7,716 bases of DNA, from contig CALBUD010000057.1 of assembly GCA_937968065.1 (NCBI GenBank), positions 1 to 7,716 of the forward strand, given 5' to 3'. Under the pieces are notes generated by a model that saw only the letters and a list, made by a program, of their open reading frames with translations, had not been told where the DNA came from and did not search any database. The DNA comes from Candidatus Iainarchaeum sp. (lineage in GTDB: Archaea > Iainarchaeota > Iainarchaeia > Iainarchaeales > CSSED10-239). The number at the start of each line of letters is the position of its first letter. The first letter of the stretch is position 1. Position numbers and translations under genes: made by a program. Below are positions 1 through 4,805 of this stretch, piece after piece.

Positions 1-130
1 TTAATTTATTTTTTATTTTATTTTTATTTATCTTTTATTTTTTAAAAAAATAACTATTAAAGAAATATATAATATACAAAAGAAATATAAAAACTTTGTT
101 AAAACAAATAGTTTTAAAGAACTGTTTAAA

Positions 131-160
131 CATATATATTTAGTAAAAGATATATTTTAA
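131..160 (+). promoter_or_regulatory. Candidate archaeal TATA-box region upstream of the fusion gene
   Basis: ATATATATTTAG (132-143) and GATATATTTTA (149-159) lie 15-40 nt upstream of the ATG at 173. No Shine-Dalgarno-like GGAGG is present, which fits a short-leader or leaderless mRNA. In DNA this AT-rich, TATA-like strings are common, so the exact box is not resolvable by eye. Confidence 0.25.
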
Positions 161-172
161 AAAAAAGAAAAA

Positions 173-2278
173 ATGTGCTCAATAACTGGACTTGTTAATG
201 TTTTTGAAAGTAAACAAAAAATAATTAAATCATTAGAAATTCTTAAAAATAGAGGAAATGATAATTATGGTGTTTTTTCTAATGGTAATATAATTAATCA
301 TACAAACATTCAAGATTTTAGAAAAGAAAAAATAGAAGATGGAGTTGTTTTAGGACACACACTTTTTTCAGTTGTTGGAAAAGTTCTTCAACCTATAAAA
401 GAAAAAGAAAGTGTTTTAGTTTCAAATTGTGAGATATATAATTATAAAGAACTTTCTAAAAAATATAAGATAACTTCAAAAAACGATTCTGATTTTATAC
501 TTAAAGCTATTGAAAAAAAAGGGCTTTCTGTAATTGATGAGTTTTCAGGTCCTTTTGCTATAGCTTATCTTAAAAAAAATATACTTTATCTAAGAAGAGA
601 TGTTTTAGGAATCAAACCTTTATGGTATACTTTTACAAAAGAAAGTTTTGCATTTTCTTCTGAAAAAAAAGTTTTAAAAGAAATTGGTTTTGAAAATGTT
701 TTTTTTCTAGAACCTAGAAAAGAACTTTTTTATGATATCTTAAAAAAGAAAATAAAAATAAAAGAGGTTTCTTTCTATAAAATAAAACCAAAAAAGACAT
801 CCGTCCAAGAAATATATCAAAAACTTGAAGATGCTGTTTTAAAAAGAATTCCTAAAAACCAAAAAATCGCTCTTCTTTATAGCTCAGGAATTGATTCGTT
901 AATCTTAGCAAAAATATTTAAAAATAACAACATACCTTTTAAAGCATATTTTGCATATTCAAGAGAAGAAAAAAAACCAAAAGATCTTATAAATATTCAA
1001 GAAACTGAAAAAAATTCTCTTGATTGGATAATGGTTAAAAAAATACCTGTTTCAAAAAAAGAAATTAAAAAAACTTTACCTTTACTTGTAAATTTAATAG
1101 AATCTTCAAACCCTGTAAAGATAGGTGTTTCCTTGCCTATTTATTTTGCATCTAAAAAAGCAAGAGAAGAAGGATGTAGAGTGGTTTTTTCAGGTCTTGG
1201 AGCAGATGAATTGTTTGCAGGATATCATAGATTTAAAGAATCTACAAATATTTTAAAAGATAGTATAAATCTTTTATATCAAATGCATGAAAATGATCTT
1301 TATAGAGATGATATTATTTGTATGAACAACAACATAGAACTTAGACTTCCATATCTTGATAAAGATTTAATAGAAGAATCATTTAATCTTAAAGATTCTG
1401 AAAAAATAAATAAAAAAGAAAATAAGATAGTTTTAAGAAAAATTGGAAAAAAGATAGGACTTTTAAAAAAAGATTATAAAAGAGAAAAAACTGCTGCACA
1501 GTATGGAAGTGGTTTTGATAAAAGTTTAGAAAGACTTGCAAAAGAAAATGGTTTTAAAAATAAATCAGAATATCTTAAAAGCTTTTCAAAAAATGAAAAT
1601 CTTAAATTAGGATGTTTATTCTCTGGAGGTAAAGATTCAAATCTTTCTTTAGAAATTATGAAATCACAAAATTATAAAATATCTTGTCTGTTAACAATGA
1701 TTCCTGAAAATTCAGATTCTTATATGTTTCAAAAAACTAATTTAAAGATACTAACGCTTCAATCAAACTCTTTAGAAATACCTTTAGTTATTCAGAAAAC
1801 AAAAGGAGAAAAAGAAGAAGAACTAAAAGATTTAAAAAAACTTATTAAAAAAGCAAAAGAAAAATATAATCTACAAGGAATTGTAACAGGTGCTATAAAA
1901 AGTAATTATCAAAGAGAAAGAATACAAGAGATATGTAACTCTTTAGGCCTTAGAACGTTTTCTCCTCTTTGGAACAGAACACAAGAAAGTATACTTCAAG
2001 ATATCTTGGACAAAGGCTTTGAAACCATAATTGTTAAGATTGCAGGAAAAGGCCTTGATTCTTCTTGGCTTGGAAAGAAAATAGACATAGAGACTTTTAA
2101 AAGATTAAAAGAGATAAACAAAAAACACGGATTTAACATTGCTGGAGAGGGTGGAGAGTATGAAACAATTGTTTTGAACGCTCCTTCTTTTAAGAAAAAA
2201 ATAAAAATTTTAAAATCTAAAAAAAATATAGAAAATGAAATGACTGGTTATTTAGATATTTTAAAAATAGAAAATTAA
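173..2278 (+). CDS. Tri-domain fusion protein: class-II (Ntn) glutamine amidotransferase + asparagine-synthetase-B-type PP-loop synthetase + diphthine--ammonia ligase (Dph6/MJ0570-type ATP_bind_4 domain)
   Basis: Uninterrupted 701-aa ORF. N-terminal module: MCSITG (Cys2 nucleophile; E. coli AsnB starts MCSIFG), SNCEIYNYKEL (cf. NGEIYN), NDSDFIL, GPFAIAY, RRDVLGIKPLWY (cf. RD.LGI.PLY). Middle module: LLYSSGIDS (PP-loop, cf. SGGLDS), VVFSGLGADELFAGY (cf. LSGEGSDEVFGGY), YRDD..NNNIELRLPYLD, KIVLRK. C-terminal module: LGCLFSGGKDS (PP-loop), LLTMIPENSDSYMFQ, GIVTGAIKSNYQRERIQEICNSLGL.TFSPLW, AGEGGEYETIVLNAP. The C-terminal strings are the hallmarks of archaeal diphthine-ammonia ligase / MJ0570-family proteins. 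Confidence 0.85.
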   Translation: MCSITGLVNVFESKQKIIKSLEILKNRGNDNYGVFSNGNIINHTNIQDFRKEKIEDGVVLGHTLFSVVGKVLQPIKEKESVLVSNCEIYNYKELSKKYKITSKNDSDFILKAIEKKGLSVIDEFSGPFAIAYLKKNILYLRRDVLGIKPLWYTFTKESFAFSSEKKVLKEIGFENVFFLEPRKELFYDILKKKIKIKEVSFYKIKPKKTSVQEIYQKLEDAVLKRIPKNQKIALLYSSGIDSLILAKIFKNNNIPFKAYFAYSREEKKPKDLINIQETEKNSLDWIMVKKIPVSKKEIKKTLPLLVNLIESSNPVKIGVSLPIYFASKKAREEGCRVVFSGLGADELFAGYHRFKESTNILKDSINLLYQMHENDLYRDDIICMNNNIELRLPYLDKDLIEESFNLKDSEKINKKENKIVLRKIGKKIGLLKKDYKREKTAAQYGSGFDKSLERLAKENGFKNKSEYLKSFSKNENLKLGCLFSGGKDSNLSLEIMKSQNYKISCLLTMIPENSDSYMFQKTNLKILTLQSNSLEIPLVIQKTKGEKEEELKDLKKLIKKAKEKYNLQGIVTGAIKSNYQRERIQEICNSLGLRTFSPLWNRTQESILQDILDKGFETIIVKIAGKGLDSSWLGKKIDIETFKRLKEINKKHGFNIAGEGGEYETIVLNAPSFKKKIKILKSKKNIENEMTGYLDILKIEN
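176..742 (+). other. Domain: AsnB-type N-terminal nucleophile (class II) glutaminase, residues ~2-190
   Basis: Cys immediately follows the initiator Met. NCEIYN and DSD motifs retain the Asn/Glu/Asp positions that bind glutamine in E. coli AsnB, and RD.LGIKPL is present. The usual H-x-R-L motif reads HTLF (see findings). Confidence 0.75.
785..1582 (+). other. Domain: asparagine-synthetase-type PP-loop ATP pyrophosphatase, residues ~205-470
   Basis: SSGIDS at 881-898, SGLGADELFAGY, RDD....ELRLPYLD and KIVLRK occur in the same order and approximate spacing as in AsnB-family synthetase domains. Confidence 0.75.
1601..2275 (+). other. Domain: diphthine--ammonia ligase (Dph6 / ATP_bind_4 / MJ0570 family), residues 477-701
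   Basis: SGGKDS at 1622-1639, then DSYMF, TGAI.S.YQ..RI..IC..LGL...SPLW and GEGGEYET..L.AP. The ~225-aa length matches stand-alone archaeal Dph6. LKLGCLFSGGKDS aligns to the typical N-terminus MK...L.SGGKDS, but a Leu codon (CTT) occupies the place of the start codon. Confidence 0.8.
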
Positions 2279-2299
2279 ATTTTGATCTAAACAAATAAT

Positions 2300-2866
2300 C
2301 TACTTAAAATCAATATCGTCTATCTTTTCTTCTTCTTTAACTTCTTTATACCCTTCAAGAAGAGAATCTCTTTTAATTGATTTTAAAACTGTTGAGTGTT
2401 TTGCACCTGAAAGAATCTTTTCAATAGCCTCTCTTGCACTTTTAATTCTTTCTTCATCTCCAATAACAGAAACTGTTTTACCATAAACAGAAATTATACA
2501 ATTATATTTTTTTTCAATAATTTGTTTTATTCTTCCTTCTCTTCCTATAACTCTTCCTTTTACTTGTGTATGTCTATGTTTTGAATGTTTTACATAATCG
2601 TCTATTGGTATTATCTCTAAAGAAAAATTATCTTTTAAAAGCTTATAAGCATTTTCAGGAGAAAAACCTCTTGCAATTGCAGAAACGATGTTTTTTGCAA
2701 CATGCACTTCAAAAAAAGATTTATCTGAAGAGATTGTAACTTCACTTAAAGTAGAATCAATTTCTATCTTTGTTTTTGTTTTTCTTTGAATCTCTCTTTT
2801 TACAGTTCCGTTAGGACCAATAACAACAGGAAGTCTGTTATAACCCACTCTAACTATCTCTTCCAT
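2300..2866 (-). CDS. Two-KH-domain RNA-binding protein, archaeal Dim2/Pno1-like (COG1094-type) small-subunit ribosome biogenesis factor
   Basis: KH1: VVIGPNGTVKREIQRKTKTKIEID (GxxG). Linker: AKNIVSAIARGFSPENAYKLL. KH2: KGRVIGREGRIKQIIEKKYNCIISVYGKTVSVIG, then AREAIEKILSGAKHSTV. This pattern matches aDim2p-family proteins. The start overlaps the rio1 stop by 17 nt, the arrangement expected for the conserved aIF1A-Rio1-KH string. Confidence 0.8.
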   Translation of the reverse strand: MEEIVRVGYNRLPVVIGPNGTVKREIQRKTKTKIEIDSTLSEVTISSDKSFFEVHVAKNIVSAIARGFSPENAYKLLKDNFSLEIIPIDDYVKHSKHRHTQVKGRVIGREGRIKQIIEKKYNCIISVYGKTVSVIGDEERIKSAREAIEKILSGAKHSTVLKSIKRDSLLEGYKEVKEEEKIDDIDFK

Positions 2867-3587
2867 ATATCTCTTCCTTTCTTTTTTTAAGATCTTCTAA
2901 AAAAGAATCATAAGTGGTATTTTTTTTAGGAAACTTTTTATTTAAAAAATCAGTAATATTAATAATATCTCTTTTTAAAAAATCTTTTGATTTTGAATGA
3001 CTGTAAACAACCGCTTGCCCCATATCAAAAACAGTTATCTCTTCTGTTTCAGGATTGATTAATATATTGTATGCTGAAAAATCAGCATGAACTAACTTTG
3101 CACCATAAAGCATCTTTGCATAATTATCTATTATTTGAGGATATACTTTTTCAAAAGAAAATTTATGTTCTGAAAGTTTAGGAAAAGGAATTCCATTTTT
3201 ATCTCCAATAAAAGACATAACAATAATATTTTTTTCTTTTGCAATAACTATTGGAACTTTAACACCTACCTTTAAACAAAGAGAAAGATTTCTATATTCT
3301 TTTGAAGCCCAGATTAAAAATAATTCTCTTTTTTCTTTTGATATTTTTTTAAATCTATAATCTCCTTTGATATATTTATCCATGTTTTTAAAATTAGAAG
3401 TTTCTATCTTATATATCTTTAAAGCTAAAGGAGTATCTTTTAAAAAACCTAAAAAAGTAATTGCTTCTTTACCACTTGAGATTGGTGAGTTGATGGTGTC
3501 TATAATATTGTTTTTTGATAACTTAAAAATAGCTTCATGTGTTCTGTTATCAAAAACATAACCTTCAACTTTTCTTTTTTCAATCAT
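2850..3587 (-). CDS. rio1: RIO-type serine/threonine protein kinase, Rio1 class (no N-terminal wHTH)
   Basis: ISSGKEA (cf. Rio1 STGKEA nucleotide loop), ALKIYK (catalytic Lys), WASKEYRNL, catalytic loop LVHADFSAYNILI (cf. LVHGDLSEYN), and metal-binding VFDMGQAV (cf. IDxxQ). At 245 aa with no winged-helix extension, it is Rio1 rather than Rio2. Confidence 0.85.
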   Translation of the reverse strand: MIEKRKVEGYVFDNRTHEAIFKLSKNNIIDTINSPISSGKEAITFLGFLKDTPLALKIYKIETSNFKNMDKYIKGDYRFKKISKEKRELFLIWASKEYRNLSLCLKVGVKVPIVIAKEKNIIVMSFIGDKNGIPFPKLSEHKFSFEKVYPQIIDNYAKMLYGAKLVHADFSAYNILINPETEEITVFDMGQAVVYSHSKSKDFLKRDIINITDFLNKKFPKKNTTYDSFLEDLKKRKEEIYGRDS

Positions 3588-3619
3588 TTATAATCTTTTT
3601 TTTTAAGAAAAAATAGTAA

Positions 3620-3976
3620 TTATTTTCTTTTTTGATAGTTGCTTTGAGAAGTACTTTGAGCGTGTTTATACATTTCTTTTAAAGCTCCTCTTCTCTCAAG
3701 AGCAGAAGTTTGAAAACCTAAGTATCTCCAAATAACATCTCCTTTTGTTGGTTGAAAATCCCAAAGTTTAACAATAACAAGATCTCCTTGTTTTATCCAG
3801 ATATGTTTAAACATTTTTCCTGGAATTCTACAAATTCTTTCTTTTCCATCTTCACACATTATAGAGATGTTATTAACACCCATAAGTTGAGTTACAACTC
3901 CAAACATTTCTAAATCTTTTTGATTTGGAAGTCTTAATCTCTTATTTATTTGTTCATCATTATTTTCTGTTTCCAA
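3620..3976 (-). CDS. eif1a: Translation initiation factor aIF1A (S1-like OB fold)
   Basis: RLRLPNQKDLEMFGVVTQLMGVNNISIMCEDGKERICRIPGKMFKHIWIKQGDLVIVKLWDFQPTKGDVIWRY matches the a/eIF1A core (R.P...E.FG.V...LG......C.DG..R...IPGKM.K..WI..GD.V.V..WDFQ..K.D...RY). The 118-aa size is appropriate. Confidence 0.9.
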   Translation of the reverse strand: METENNDEQINKRLRLPNQKDLEMFGVVTQLMGVNNISIMCEDGKERICRIPGKMFKHIWIKQGDLVIVKLWDFQPTKGDVIWRYLGFQTSALERRGALKEMYKHAQSTSQSNYQKRK

Positions 3977-3987
3977 AATTTAATCAA

Positions 3988-3991
3988 CTCC
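3988..3991 (-). promoter_or_regulatory. Possible Shine-Dalgarno element for aIF1A
   Basis: The minus strand reads AAAGGAGTTGATTAAATT-ATG. GGAG sits about 11 nt before the start codon, immediately after the stop of the DUF424-like gene. Spacing is slightly long, and other genes in the string lack a comparable motif. Confidence 0.3.
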
Positions 3992-3994
3992 TTT

Positions 3995-4285
3995 TTATAT
4001 TTTATAGATTTGTACATGAGGCACATCTTCTATATAGATAATTATATCTTCTTTAATTATTTTTTTATTAAGAAGTAAAGCACAGATTTTTTTTCCAAAA
4101 ATATTTGCAGAATCACAATCATTAAGATGTTTTATAATCTCTTCAATAGCTATCTCTGAAGTTCCATAAAAATCTTTAGAAAAATGAATTTCAAAATCTT
4201 TAGTGATTATTGTTTTTCCAAGAAGTTCTTTATCACAAGACGCAAATATTTTCATTCCTGAAATATTATGTACTTTACCAATCAT
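3995..4285 (-). CDS. Uncharacterised conserved archaeal protein, DUF424 / COG2412-like
   Basis: The 96-aa ORF carries the pattern KVH...G....ASCDKELLGK.......I..S..FYG.......E....L......NI.G...........I.......I..VPH.QIY. From memory this matches the DUF424 family (KVH..G..V.AVCDEELLGK..., FYGG, VPHAQI). The family assignment is from recall only. Confidence 0.6.
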   Translation of the reverse strand: MIGKVHNISGMKIFASCDKELLGKTIITKDFEIHFSKDFYGTSEIAIEEIIKHLNDCDSANIFGKKICALLLNKKIIKEDIIIYIEDVPHVQIYKI

Positions 4286-4298
4286 ATTTATTCTTAAA

Positions 4299-4736
4299 TT
4301 ATAGTTTAGCTAGTGGTGTAATTGCACCACATGCTGAACATTTTAAAACCTTTACATTATTTTGAGTAACTATCTCTGTATCTGGTTTTTTACAAGCTGA
4401 ACAAAGCACAAATAGTTTTATGTATTTTTCTAAAATTTGATTTACTTTTTGATTATTAAAAATACCACTTAATATCAAAGTATTGTTTTGAATAGTTGAG
4501 GAAGTTGATATTTCTTTCATAACAAACTTATAAAGTTGAGATTCTTCTCTTTTTAAATCTTTTGCATTTTTTGAAAAGTTTTTCCAGATAGTTTGTTTTC
4601 CTTGAACAATTGACTCAGCTGTAGGAAGTTCAAATCTTGTGTTTTCTAAAGTTTTTGCTGGAAGAGACATGTAAAGCCTATCAAGTAACTTATTATAATC
4701 TAATGGATTTTCATCTATTGTTTTTTCTTTAACCAT
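4299..4736 (-). CDS. eif2b: Translation initiation factor aIF2 beta subunit
   Basis: The N-terminal YNKLLDRLYMSLP....RFELP..........T...NF matches the a/eIF2-beta helical/central domain. The C-terminal C4 zinc ribbon is CSACKKPDTEIV......LKCSACGA. The 145-aa size is typical. Confidence 0.85.
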   Translation of the reverse strand: MVKEKTIDENPLDYNKLLDRLYMSLPAKTLENTRFELPTAESIVQGKQTIWKNFSKNAKDLKREESQLYKFVMKEISTSSTIQNNTLILSGIFNNQKVNQILEKYIKLFVLCSACKKPDTEIVTQNNVKVLKCSACGAITPLAKL

Positions 4737-4747
4737 AATATAATATA

Positions 4748-4785
4748 TAGTTAGAAGTGTTTATAAATATTAGTTAGTGTTTATA
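4748..4785. repeat. Tandem imperfect direct repeat TAGTTAG(AAG)TGTTTATA x2
   Basis: 4748-4765 is TAGTTAGAAGTGTTTATA and 4771-4785 is TAGTTAGTGTTTATA. They are identical apart from a 3-nt insertion. Each copy carries a TATA-like TTTATA. Confidence 0.8.
4757..4770 (-). promoter_or_regulatory. TATA box for the aIF2-beta operon (leaderless or near-leaderless mRNA)
   Basis: The palindromic TTTATAAA at 4760-4767 is centred about 27 nt upstream of the A of the aIF2-beta ATG (4736). That is the canonical archaeal TATA-to-TSS distance if transcription starts at or near the start codon. No SD-like motif lies in between. Confidence 0.5.
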
Positions 4786-4805
4786 TTTTTTTAAAAAAAT
4801 AACAT
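4786..4805 (-). terminator. Oligo-T termination signal after the presenilin-like gene
   Basis: On the minus strand the stop codon (4806-4808) is followed by ATGTTA-TTTTTTT (T7 = plus-strand A7 at 4793-4799). Archaeal RNA polymerase terminates at oligo-T tracts. Confidence 0.4.

Noticed and set aside
1-50. Periodic T-rich tract (TTTTATTTTATTTTTATTTATCTTTTATTTTTT) at the window start, considered as a structured repeat
   Set aside because: It is low-complexity oligo-T/A sequence without a defined repeat unit. It is most simply intergenic DNA or termination signals for a gene upstream of the window, and the flanking gene is not visible to confirm that.
95-131. Small palindromes TTTGTTAAAACAAA (95-108) and GTTTAAAC (124-131), plus the direct repeat AGAAATATA (61-69 and 82-90), upstream of the fusion gene as possible operator sites
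   Set aside because: Short A/T palindromes and 9-mers are expected by chance at this base composition. Without genome-wide recurrence data they cannot be told apart from noise.
35-133. Unlisted 32-aa minus-strand ORF (MFKQFFKTICFNKVFIFLLYIIYFFNSYFFKK) divergent from the fusion gene; could be a small hydrophobic peptide
   Set aside because: Its composition (Phe/Ile/Tyr/Lys) is what random AT-rich sequence encodes. Only 39 nt would remain to hold two divergent promoters, and there is no SD or conserved motif. It is worth a glance in ribosome-profiling or comparative data but is not supportable from sequence alone.
513-520. Multiple A8 homopolymer runs inside coding sequence (for example 513-520, 572-579, 663-670, 969-976), considered as programmed frameshift sites or signs of pseudogenisation
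   Set aside because: All ORFs stay intact and motif order is preserved across the runs. The runs simply encode Lys-Lys(-Lys) in a Lys-rich, AT-rich proteome.
1593-1610. Out-of-frame ATG AAA ATC TTA AAT TAG at the AsnB-like/Dph6 junction, considered as a vestigial or real independent start for the Dph6 module
   Set aside because: It is in the +1 frame relative to the Dph6 reading frame and terminates after 5 codons. The Dph6 domain is encoded only in the frame of the long ORF, so this looks coincidental. Read-level verification of the junction is still recommended.
3367-3561. 64-aa plus-strand ORF from the supplied track
   Set aside because: It lies entirely antisense to the well-supported rio1 CDS. 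The sequence is low-complexity and hydrophobic (MIYLSMFLKLEV...) with no recognisable motifs, which is typical of a shadow ORF in AT-rich DNA.
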